Assembly: GCA_965203055.1 (NCBI GenBank)
Contig: OZ241863.1
Span: forward strand, 3,296,001-3,360,000
Direction: 5' to 3'
Length of the DNA stretch: 64,000 bases
Source: Spirochaetia bacterium
Lineage (GTDB): Bacteria; Spirochaetota; Spirochaetia; SZUA-6; Bin103
Shown: piece after piece, positions 29,172-38,075 of the stretch
Numbering within the stretch: the first letter of the stretch is position 1
Layout: each line of letters begins with the position of its first letter
Position numbers and translations under genes: made by a program
Notes under the pieces: generated by a model
Seen by the model: only the letters and a program-made list of their open reading frames with translations
The model's database searches: none
Told to the model about the DNA's origin: nothing

Positions 29172-30529
29172 ATGTACAATCATGCTTCCGACGAGGCCGT
29201 CACCACTACCGTATCCGCCCTCTCAGACGACCGCCTGCTGGCGCGGACCAAGGAACTTTCCGGCATCGAACACCATCTCGAAGTGGTCGTGATCGACCAC
29301 CTGCGGGAGATTCAGAAGCGCCGCCTGTATCTGCGCCGCGGGTTCTCGAGTCTGTTCGATTACGCGGTACGCGAGCTGGGTTACAGCGACGCCGCGGCGT
29401 GGCGGCGCATCAAGGCGATGCGGCTCTGCGCGGACGTCGATGGCGTGCGGGAGCGCCTGCAGAATGGCACGATGACGCTGAACGCGGCCGCGCAGTTGCA
29501 GAACGCCTTCGACCGGCAGGAGCGCAAGAAGGAACGGGCGGCGCGTAGCGCGCCGGGCGGGACCGGGTTCGGGGCTGCCGCTCAGTCGCAGGAGGGCTCG
29601 GCGCCGCCGCGGCCGGCGGAGCGGAAGCCGGCGCCGACGCCGGTGCTGGACCCGGAGGCGCGGCGGGAGCTGGTGGAGCAGGCGTCCGGCAAGAGCAGCC
29701 GGGAGGTGATGCAGTTGCTGGCCGAGGTGGACCCCGAACTGGCGGCGCCGGCGGAGCGGGTGCGGCCGCTGGGCGGCGGTCGCTGGGAGCTCAAGGCGGT
29801 GATCGACGATGAGTGCCGGCGCGGCTTGGAGCGGCTCAAGGGCCTCCTGTCGCACGTCGATCCGCACCTGACGTTGGGCAGCTCATGGGGCGGCTGGTGC
29901 GGGAAGGGCTCGACCGCCACGATCCGGCCCGGCCGCCGCGCGGGCGGCGCGCCGCGCCAGCCAAAGGCGCCGAGCAAACTTCGGCGCCGAAGACGCAGGC
30001 GGCCTCGGCTCGCGGCGCTGCCCCGGCAGCGAAGCAGGAGGCCGGCGCGGACAACGCCGCTCCTTCGGCGGCGAAGGTATCGGCTCAGGCGGCGGCGCAG
30101 CCGGGAGACGAAGCCGCTGACCGCTCGGACACTTCGGCAGCGAAGACGGCGACCGACACCACTTCGGCGGCGAAGACGCGGCGCCTCGGCCGGCAGGCTG
30201 CGGCGTGCGCGCAGCCGGCTGCGCCGCCGCGGACCCGGACTTCGGCAGCGAAGCCGGGCGGCGTGACCGGCCGCGCCATCCCGGCGGCGGTCAAGCGCGA
30301 GGTCTGGCGGCGCGACCGCGGCCGCTGCCGCTACGTGGACCGCACCAGCGGGCGCCGCTACGGCTCGCAACACCTGCTGCAGATCGATCACGTCGTGCCG
30401 TATGCCTGCGGCGGCGCCGCCGAGCCGAACAATCTCCGCCTGCTGTGCGCCGCCCATCACCGCTACCGCCACCTCGGCGCCGGATTCGGCCGCCCCGGCG
30501 AGGATCGGCAGGCGCCGGTAGACCGGTGA
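29172..30529 (+). CDS. HNH endonuclease with a helical N-terminal domain; 1-nt frameshift at about 29875
   Basis: N-terminus LSDDRLL...HLREIQKRRLYLRRGFSSLFDYAVRELGYSDAAAWRRI. After the frameshift: IPAAVKREVWRRDRGRC...LQIDHVVP...NNLRLLCAAHH. Confidence 0.82.
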
Positions 30530-30686
30530 TTCAAGATCGCCGAGAAACGTCATTTACACTGGGACTGAGCTTGGCCGCCAAGTGGCATGACCTACAACAC
30601 TTACCTACATTTTGGAATGCGCCCGCCGCCGGGCACCCGGCGGGGAGGGCTTGAGCCGGGCGGCGGTACGGTGTTTCATTCCTCAC

Positions 30687-32645
30687 GTGACTGATGCAGG
30701 CAGCGTACGGCAGCGGGCGGGCGCCGCGTTCGACTCGTGGGAGGCGATTGCGGCCGACGACGCGGCCATACGGGATGCTCTGAGGCACGCCAACGTCCCC
30801 GCGCTGCTGGCGGCGTTGGCCCATCTCACCGGCGACCTCGGGCTGCTCCGAGGGGAGGTTCGACCGCGCGTGGTCTGGGGCGACGCGCAGATGGGGCTCA
30901 GCCGGGCGCAGCAGGAGCAGGTGCGGACCCGCGCCCTGGAAATCATCGCCGCCTACCGCGACGGCGGGTTGCGCCCGGCGCCGCCGCCGACCCGCGAACA
31001 GGTGCATGAGATGGCCAGTTTCCTCGTCGGCCGGTCGCTCGGGGAGGACTACGTCGAGTTCCTGGTGACCGAACTCGGGCTGGCCGGCCACGACCCGGGC
31101 GCCGCCGGCTTCCTCCGCGAGGTGCCGGCGGAGCGGCGCACCGGCTTCCACGTGGCGGTGATCGGCGCCGGTATGTCGGGAATCCTGGCGGCGCATCGCC
31201 TGCAGCAGGCGGGCATCCCCTATACCGTGCTCGAGAAGAACGCCGACGTGGGCGGCACCTGGCTGGAGAACACCTACCCCGGCTGCCGCGTCGACACCCC
31301 CAATCACTCCTATTCCTACTCGTTCGCACCCAAGGATTGGCCGCAGTTCTTTTCCTCCCAGCCGGTACTGCTGGAGTACTTTCGAGAGTGCGCCGCCCGG
31401 TTCGGCATTCGCGACCGGATCCGCTTCGCCACCGAAGTCGAGCGCCTCGCGTTCGACGAGCGGAGCCAGACCTGGACGCTCCATACCCGGAGCGCCGGCG
31501 GGGAGCTGCGCCCGCCGCTCCGCGCCAACGCCGTGATCAGCGCCGTCGGCCAACTCAATCGCCCGCGGCTGCCGCAGATCGCCGGCCGGGATACGTTTCG
31601 CGGCGCCGCGTTTCATACCGCGCGCTGGAATCAGGCGGTTGATCTGACCGGCAAGCGGGTCGCGGTAATCGGTACCGGCGCGTCGGCCTTTCAGGCGGTG
31701 CCGGCAATCGCCTCCTCGGTCGCGGAGCTGTTTCTGTTTCAACGTACGCCGCCGTGGGTCAATCCGCGCCCCGACTACCACCAGGAGGTGCCCGCCGGCA
31801 AGCACTGGCTGCTGCGCTGCGTCCCCCACTACGCGCAGTGGTTTCGGCTGCTGCAGTTCTGGCTCACCGCCGAGGGCGCGCTGGCGTACGTGTACCGGGA
31901 CGAGCAGTGGGACGAAGCGGGCAGCATCGGCGCCGCCAACCGCAAGCTGCGCCGCCTGCTGGTCAGGCATGCCAAGGAGTCACTGGGAGATGATCCGGAA
32001 CTACTTGAAAAATGCATCCCGGCCTATCCGCCGGCGGGGAAGCGGATGTTGTACGACGATGGCACCTGGTTCCGCACGCTGAAACGCGCCAACGTTCACC
32101 TGATCACCGAGCCAATTGGCCGCCTCACCGAGACCGGCGTGGTCACCGCCGCGGACCGGCGCTACCCCGTCGACGTGGTGATCTACGCCACCGGCTTTCG
32201 CACCACCGAAATGCTGTGGCCGATGACCGTCACCGGGCGCGGCGGGGCGCGCCTGCAGGAAACCTGGCGGGGAGACCCGCGCGCCTACCGCGGCATCACC
32301 GTCCCGCGCTTCCCCAACCTGTTCTGCATGTACGGGCCGAATACCAACGTGGTGGTGAACGCCAGCATCATCGTGTTTTCGGAGTGCGAGATTCACTACG
32401 TCATGAGCTGCCTCAAGCTGCTGCTGGAGTCAGGACGGCGCAGCATGGAGTGCCGGCAGGAGGTGCACGACGCCTACAACCGGTGGATCGACGCCGGCAA
32501 CGGCCGCACCGCCTGGGGAGCGCCGCAGGTGCGCAGTTGGTACAAGAACGATAGCGGTCGGGTGACCCAGAACTGGCCGTTCAGCGTGCTGGAGTTCTGG
32601 CAGCAGACGCGCGCCGCCGACCCCGCCGACTACCACTGGCGTTGA
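30687..32645 (+). CDS. Baeyer-Villiger monooxygenase (HAPMO-like FAD/NADPH monooxygenase)
   Basis: GAGMSG, GGTWLENTYPGCRVD, FHTARW (FxGxxxHxxxW), GTGASA, with a HAPMO-type N-terminal extension. Confidence 0.9.
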   Translation: MTDAGSVRQRAGAAFDSWEAIAADDAAIRDALRHANVPALLAALAHLTGDLGLLRGEVRPRVVWGDAQMGLSRAQQEQVRTRALEIIAAYRDGGLRPAPPPTREQVHEMASFLVGRSLGEDYVEFLVTELGLAGHDPGAAGFLREVPAERRTGFHVAVIGAGMSGILAAHRLQQAGIPYTVLEKNADVGGTWLENTYPGCRVDTPNHSYSYSFAPKDWPQFFSSQPVLLEYFRECAARFGIRDRIRFATEVERLAFDERSQTWTLHTRSAGGELRPPLRANAVISAVGQLNRPRLPQIAGRDTFRGAAFHTARWNQAVDLTGKRVAVIGTGASAFQAVPAIASSVAELFLFQRTPPWVNPRPDYHQEVPAGKHWLLRCVPHYAQWFRLLQFWLTAEGALAYVYRDEQWDEAGSIGAANRKLRRLLVRHAKESLGDDPELLEKCIPAYPPAGKRMLYDDGTWFRTLKRANVHLITEPIGRLTETGVVTAADRRYPVDVVIYATGFRTTEMLWPMTVTGRGGARLQETWRGDPRAYRGITVPRFPNLFCMYGPNTNVVVNASIIVFSECEIHYVMSCLKLLLESGRRSMECRQEVHDAYNRWIDAGNGRTAWGAPQVRSWYKNDSGRVTQNWPFSVLEFWQQTRAADPADYHWR

Positions 32646-32660
32646 GCGCCGCGCCCGCGT

Positions 32661-34415
32661 TCAGTCGGCGGCGCCGGCGGCCGGTCGGGTGATCCGCAGC
32701 AGGACGCCCGCCTCCGGCACCGCGACGCGGGACACGGCGCCGTCCGGCCACACCACTTCGAGCTGTCCCGGGTCTCCGGCGCCGGCCGCGCCGAGGCCGA
32801 AGTGAACCCGCGCCGGGTCGCTCGAGAGGTAGCCGCTGCTGGCGCGCATCTCGCGCAGCAGCGTGCCGCCGGCGGTATGCAGACGCAGCACGGCGCCCAG
32901 CGCGCGGCTGTTGGCCGCGCCCTCCTGGCGCAGCTCCACTTCCAGGGCGGCGCCGCCGCACAGGCGATTCTCGAACAGCAGCGCCGGCGCCGCCAGGTTG
33001 TTGACCACCACGTCCAGGTCGCCGTCGTTGTCCAGGTCGCCGAGGCTCATGCCGCGCCCGCTCTGAGTGGCGTTCAACCCCCATTCCGGCGCCGGCAGGA
33101 AGCGCCCGCCGCCGGTGTTGCGCAGCGCCTGGTTTTCTTCCACCAGCTCATCTCCCGGCAGGTGGGAGAAGATTTCGGCCGCGATCATGCCGTTCACCAC
33201 GTACAGGTCGAGGTAGCCGTCGTTGTCCAGGTCGCCGAACTGGGCCGACCAGCTCCAGCCGGTGGCGTCCACCCCGGCAGCCTCGGCGGTGTCGAGGAAC
33301 GAGTCGCCGCCGCCTGCGGCCGGCCGCGCGTGCAGTACGTTGGCGGTGACCTGCACGCCGTCGGTGGGCTGCAGGTGGGCGCTCTCGGCCCACAGCGGCC
33401 CCCAGACCTCTTCGGTGGAGGCGTCGCGGTGGTACGGCTTCATGTCGGTGGCCAGCAGCTCGGTGCGCCCGTCGTTGTCGAGGTCGCCCTCGGCGAAGCT
33501 CATGGTGTTGACGGGGGTGCGGGAGAAGGGCGCCGTCTCGCTCCAGCCGCCGGGCGTGTTGAGGTAGACCACGTCGGGGGGCGAGAAGTCGTTGCCGATC
33601 AGGATGTCGCGCCGCCCGTCGCCGTTCAGATCGGTGAGCAGCATCGCCAGCGCGTGAGCGCTCCGCCCCAGCCGTTCGAAGGTGAGCAGGCCGGTGCCGT
33701 CGTTGCGGTAGAAGAACACGCCGCCGCCGACCACCATACCGTCCGCCAGCGCGCCCAGCTCGGCGTCGTAGGAGGCGCCGACCATGTCCAGGTCGCCGTC
33801 CTGGTCGAGATCCGCCCACGCCATGGAGTAGGCGGGAAACCAGGCGCGAAACCGCTCATCCTCCATCCGCGCGAACGCGGGGCGGGCGCCGGGCGCGCCG
33901 GCCGCCGCGCGCCACCAGGAGGGCAGGCCGCCGGAGTGGGTGAACACGAGGTCGATGCGGGCGTCGCCGTCGACGTCCACGGCATTGACGGCGCGGGTCA
34001 TCTCCGCCGGCAGGTCGCCGCGGCGAAAGAACAGGTCCCCCTCGTTCCAGAGCAGGGAGGTGGCCCCGTGCAGGCCGGCCAGGACGATGTCGATGCGGCC
34101 GTCCTGGTCCAGGTCCGCCAGCGCCACGCCGGCGCCGTTGCTGTCGAAGAAGCCGATGAACTCGTCCGGCCCGCGGGTGTAGTGGGGGAGCGGCTGCACG
34201 TCGAACCGCCCCGTGCACTGGCGCGGGTCGGCGCGCAACGGCGTGCTCAGGACCGTGACGCCGGTCTCGGCGTGGAGCGCGCCCGGCGCCGCGCAGAGGG
34301 CGCAAATGACGCCGAGGGCGTGCAGCCGCCAAGCCGAGGCAAAGCCCGTACCGGGGAACGCGCCGCGGCGCGCGGTGGGCTGATGCCGGCGCCGCGGCGG
34401 CCGGGCCGCCGGCAT
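32661..34415 (-). CDS. CRTAC1/ASPIC-UnbV family FG-GAP repeat protein
   Basis: Several DxDxDG repeats (DLDQDGRID, DLDNDGYLD and others). C-terminus NSRALGA...SSGYLSS..RVHFGLG. Confidence 0.88.
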   Translation of the reverse strand: MPAARPPRRRHQPTARRGAFPGTGFASAWRLHALGVICALCAAPGALHAETGVTVLSTPLRADPRQCTGRFDVQPLPHYTRGPDEFIGFFDSNGAGVALADLDQDGRIDIVLAGLHGATSLLWNEGDLFFRRGDLPAEMTRAVNAVDVDGDARIDLVFTHSGGLPSWWRAAAGAPGARPAFARMEDERFRAWFPAYSMAWADLDQDGDLDMVGASYDAELGALADGMVVGGGVFFYRNDGTGLLTFERLGRSAHALAMLLTDLNGDGRRDILIGNDFSPPDVVYLNTPGGWSETAPFSRTPVNTMSFAEGDLDNDGRTELLATDMKPYHRDASTEEVWGPLWAESAHLQPTDGVQVTANVLHARPAAGGGDSFLDTAEAAGVDATGWSWSAQFGDLDNDGYLDLYVVNGMIAAEIFSHLPGDELVEENQALRNTGGGRFLPAPEWGLNATQSGRGMSLGDLDNDGDLDVVVNNLAAPALLFENRLCGGAALEVELRQEGAANSRALGAVLRLHTAGGTLLREMRASSGYLSSDPARVHFGLGAAGAGDPGQLEVVWPDGAVSRVAVPEAGVLLRITRPAAGAAD

Positions 34416-35362
34416 CAGCCCTGAGCGCGCCACTCCTCGGAGTCGGCCTGCTCGGCGGCGGTGAACGCGGCGCGGATGGCGGCGACCTGCTCCGCGGGCA
34501 GCGCTCCCTTCTCCGCCGCGGCGATGTTGGCCGCCACGTGGCGGGGGTTGGTGGTGCCGACGATGGCGGTGTGCACGCCGGGCTGCGACAAGGTGAAGCG
34601 CAACGCCAGCTCCGGCCAAGCCTCGTCGGGCGCGCCGGCGCCGGCGTAGCCCAGTCCTTCCAGCGACAGCCCCATCTTGGCGAGCCGTTGATGGTAGATG
34701 GTGGAGTAGTTGCGGTAGAAGCCGGGCTGCTGTTCCGGCTGCTTCCAGGCGGCGTTGGCGATGGGGCGCTTGGCCAGCACGCCCAGGTTGCGCCGTTGCG
34801 CCACCGCCAGCGCGCCGTCGATATTGTGTTGATCGGCGATGCTGATGGACGTCTCGATGACCGCTACGTCAGGCTGCTCGGCGGCCCAGACCACGGCCTC
34901 GTTGTCGCCGGAGTAGCCGAGGAAGCGAATCTTGCCGGCGGCGCGCGCCTGCCGCAACGCCTCCAGCGCCTCCCCGCGCTGCAAGATCTCCAGCGCGCAG
35001 GAGTGCAGCAGCATCACGTCGATATGGTCGGTGCGCAGGCGGCGCAGGGAGCGGTCGACGCTGTTGGCGATCAGCTCGGCGGACCACGCCTCCGCCGTCT
35101 CATCGCCGACCTGCTGGCCGCACTTCGATACCAGGGTGTACCGGTCGCGGCGCGCGCCGATGGCGCGGCCAATCGCCGCTTCGGAGCCGGCGTAGCTGGC
35201 CGCGGTGTCCACCAGCGCGACGCCCAGATCGAGCAAGGCGCCGAGCAACCGGTCGCTATCCGATTCCGGCACCTCGAGCAGGCCAAACGGCGCGCCGCCG
35301 AAGCCGACCGGCGTCGCCTGCAGCCCGGTAGCGCCAAGAGAAAGGGTGTCCATGGCCCGCAT
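34415..35362 (-). CDS. Aldo/keto reductase
   Basis: VDTAASY, SKCG, SLRRLRTDHIDVMLLHS, GKIRFLGYS. Confidence 0.9.
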   Translation of the reverse strand: MRAMDTLSLGATGLQATPVGFGGAPFGLLEVPESDSDRLLGALLDLGVALVDTAASYAGSEAAIGRAIGARRDRYTLVSKCGQQVGDETAEAWSAELIANSVDRSLRRLRTDHIDVMLLHSCALEILQRGEALEALRQARAAGKIRFLGYSGDNEAVVWAAEQPDVAVIETSISIADQHNIDGALAVAQRRNLGVLAKRPIANAAWKQPEQQPGFYRNYSTIYHQRLAKMGLSLEGLGYAGAGAPDEAWPELALRFTLSQPGVHTAIVGTTNPRHVAANIAAAEKGALPAEQVAAIRAAFTAAEQADSEEWRAQG

Positions 35363-35496
35363 GGTGGCCCACCCGCCGCCAACTGTCCAGCCACCCGCCG
35401 CCGCCCCGGCTTCGCCGTTACCGACCAAATGGCGGCCAGCCGGCAGCCAACGGTCAACCTTGACGGCTGGCTCCCTCCCTCGTGATTATTCCCGAC

Positions 35497-36597
35497 ATGG
35501 CCGCCACTGATCTAGCCGAGATCGAGGCGCTGGCCGCGGCCGGCGAGTCGGAGACCCTGGAGTTGAAGAAGTCCACCGGCGAGCGCCGTACCGGCATGAA
35601 GACCGAACCCCTGCACGAGCAGTTCCGATGGGAAAACCAACCTGTCCCGGACTGGACGGTCGACGATCTCGATCAGACCGAGATCGTTCGTACGCTCGAG
35701 GACGCGATTCGCCACGGGCGGGCGTCAGAGCCCGGAACGCGTGACCCGGCGGAGCTGCTGCGTGGATTCGGTTTGCTCCGCGCCGACCGGCTGCTCCGCG
35801 CCGCAGTCGTGTTGTTCGGCAGATCCGATCGGCTGAGCGCCGAGTACCCGCAATGCATGCTGCGGATTGCCAAGTTCGACGGTACCTCTCGCACCGACGA
35901 GTTTCTGGACAACCGGCAGGTTCACGGCAACGCGTTTTCTCTCCTGGGCAGCGCGGAGCGCTTCTTTCGTGAGAACCTGCCGATCGCCGGCCGCATTGAG
36001 CCCGACCGTTTCGAACGGGTGGATGAGCCGCGGTATCCGCCTCCTGCTCTGCGTGAGGCGCTTGCCAACGCGATCTGTCACCGGGATTACACCATGGGCG
36101 GCGGGTCGGTGGCGGCGGCGATCTACGACGACCGCCTCGAAGTGACTTTTTCGGGTTCCCTGCCCTTCGGGCTCACCGCGGAGGCATTGTTTCAGCCGCA
36201 CGAATCGCGGCCTTGGAACCCGCTGATCGCGCGAGCCTTCTATCTTCGCGGGTTCATCGAGCAGTGGGGGCGCGGTACGATTGAGCTGCGGGAACTGACC
36301 ACCAGCGCCGGACTGCCGGCGCCGGAAATCGAGGATGCCGGCGGTTGTGTCACGGTGCGCTTCAGACCGGGCACGTACATGCCGCGGCGCGTCGAGCGGG
36401 AGGTGACCGAGCGCCAGCGGGAGATCCTCACCCTGCTGGCCGCAGCCGGCGCGGGATTGGCGTTCCGGGAGATCGTCCGGCAATTGGATAATTCACCTAA
36501 TTGGTGGCAGATACGAGACGATCTGAGGGGCCTGCGAGCGCTCGGCTTGGCGACTGTCGAGGGACGTGGCCGAGGAGCGCGATGGAAGCGGCAATAA
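35497..36597 (+). CDS. AlbA_2/Schlafen + HATPase_c_4 (RecG-C-like) + HTH protein; AlbA domain largely deleted
   Basis: GESETLELKKST is followed almost at once by RWENQP. ALREALANAICHRDY, WNPLIARAF, IEQWGRG, GRGRGARW. Confidence 0.8.
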   Translation: MAATDLAEIEALAAAGESETLELKKSTGERRTGMKTEPLHEQFRWENQPVPDWTVDDLDQTEIVRTLEDAIRHGRASEPGTRDPAELLRGFGLLRADRLLRAAVVLFGRSDRLSAEYPQCMLRIAKFDGTSRTDEFLDNRQVHGNAFSLLGSAERFFRENLPIAGRIEPDRFERVDEPRYPPPALREALANAICHRDYTMGGGSVAAAIYDDRLEVTFSGSLPFGLTAEALFQPHESRPWNPLIARAFYLRGFIEQWGRGTIELRELTTSAGLPAPEIEDAGGCVTVRFRPGTYMPRRVEREVTERQREILTLLAAAGAGLAFREIVRQLDNSPNWWQIRDDLRGLRALGLATVEGRGRGARWKRQ

Positions 36598-36618
36598 GTT
36601 GGTATCCGGGTCCTTTCC

Positions 36619-36801
36619 ATTCCTTCTCATTGTCTGCTTCCATATGCCATAAATGATTTACTTGTAACGAGTTGACAAACACTTCCCATTCATCTTCCCA
36701 TTCCTTCTCATTCCTTCTCATTCCGGCTCTATTGATTCCAAGTATCACACAGGTAAGGAGTTAAAATCGTAATTTCTTATTCTTCCTATTCCTTCTCATT
36801 G
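36619..36801. repeat. AT-rich intergenic region with repeated ATTCCTTCTC(ATT)
   Basis: Copies start at 36619, 36700, 36710 and 36788. Confidence 0.8.
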
Positions 36802-36818
36802 CAAGCGGCCGGATGGAA

Positions 36819-37940
36819 CTAGGCCTGGGCCACGCGGTGCCGGGCGATCAGGTCGTCGTTGAGTTCGTAGCCCAGGCCGGGGGCGGTGGGCGGGATGATG
36901 AAGCCGTCCTGCCAGACGATCGGCGCCTTGAGGATCTCCCGGTGGAACTCCGAGAAGGTTTCGATGCCTTCCTGGATCAGGAAGTTGGGGGAGCACACGT
37001 CTACCTGGATCGCCGCGGCGGCGGCGAAGGGGCCGCCCCATACGTGGGGAGCGATGTGCGCGTAGTGGGTCTCGGCCAGGGCGGCTATCTTCCGGCCCTC
37101 CGCGATGCCGCCGGTGATCGACAGGTCCATCTGCACGATCGACGCGGCCTGCTTCTGCAGCAGCGGCAGGAACTCGTAGCGGGTCATGAGCCGCTCGCCG
37201 GTGGCGACCGGGATCGAGGCGGCGTGGGCGACGCGCGCCATCTCGTCAACGTTGCCGGGGGCCACCGGTTCTTCGAACCACAGCGGCTCGTAAGGTTCCA
37301 GCCGCTTGGCAAGCCGAATCGCCGCGTGGGTGGTCAACTGGCCATGGGTGCCGATCAGGATGTCGCAACGGTCGCCGGCCGCCTCGCGCATCGCCCTGAT
37401 CACCTGCTCGACGTAGGTCAGGGTCTCCAGGCGGTGCGGCTCCAAGGCGCCCACCGGATCGAGCTTCACGGCGCTGAAGCCGAGGTCGAGGTAGCGCAGG
37501 GTGTCTTCCGCCGCCTGTTCGGGGGGATCGCCCACCTTCCACCCGTACAGATAGGTGTAGGCGCGGAGCTTGTCGTGGAACACGCCGCCGAGCAGGTTGT
37601 ACACCGGCTGGCCAAGGGCCTTGCCGACGATGTCCCAACAGGCCATCTCGATGGCGCTGAGCACCGGCGTGACGATCGGCCCGGGGTGGAGCACGGCGTG
37701 GCGCCGAAACACCTCCCACCAGATGCGCTCCCGGCGAAACGGATCCGCGCCCTTGAGAATCTGCTCGAAGATCTCCTGCGCCACCTGCAGCGCGGACTGG
37801 CGGTGGGTGCCGTGCCAGGTGCACTCGCCGCAGCCCTCGATCCCCTCGTCGGTGATCAGCTTGACGAATACCCAGCTCCTGCCGCCCTTGCCGGGCGGCG
37901 GGACCGGCACCAGGTAACCCTCGAATCGCTCGATCTTCAT
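36819..37940 (-). CDS. Mandelate racemase/muconate lactonizing enzyme family (acid-sugar dehydratase-like)
   Basis: SAIEMACWDIVGKALGQPVYNLLGG, KLD, WFEEP, ATGER, APH, IQE. Confidence 0.9.
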   Translation of the reverse strand: MKIERFEGYLVPVPPPGKGGRSWVFVKLITDEGIEGCGECTWHGTHRQSALQVAQEIFEQILKGADPFRRERIWWEVFRRHAVLHPGPIVTPVLSAIEMACWDIVGKALGQPVYNLLGGVFHDKLRAYTYLYGWKVGDPPEQAAEDTLRYLDLGFSAVKLDPVGALEPHRLETLTYVEQVIRAMREAAGDRCDILIGTHGQLTTHAAIRLAKRLEPYEPLWFEEPVAPGNVDEMARVAHAASIPVATGERLMTRYEFLPLLQKQAASIVQMDLSITGGIAEGRKIAALAETHYAHIAPHVWGGPFAAAAAIQVDVCSPNFLIQEGIETFSEFHREILKAPIVWQDGFIIPPTAPGLGYELNDDLIARHRVAQA

Positions 37941-38075
37941 GCCCTTGACGGTAGCCCGGATGAGCCGCCGGCGCAATTCACCTGACTTGCTTGCTTGCCG
38001 CCTGTTGCCGTGCTTCGGCCGGCAACGCGCCGCGCGCCTGTTCCCGGACCGGAGGGGAAGGTAGACTGCCGTTCC

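Larger units (their letters stand above)
28926..30624 (+). mobile_element. Non-autonomous element with ISKra4/IS256-like ends carrying an HNH endonuclease gene
   Basis: Left end GGGCGCACTTCCAATTTGTTGGTA and right end TACCTACATTTTGGAA-TGCGCCC match the ends of the IS at 56097-57619. 9-bp TSD GCCGCCGGG at 28917-28925 and 30625-30633. No transposase inside. Confidence 0.88.

Noticed and set aside
29172..30529. HNH cargo as an IscB, TnpB or Cas9-like protein
   Set aside because: No PLMP or RuvC motifs are visible, the HNH is C-terminal, and the ends are IS256-like rather than IS200/605-like. No guide RNA can be supported from sequence alone.
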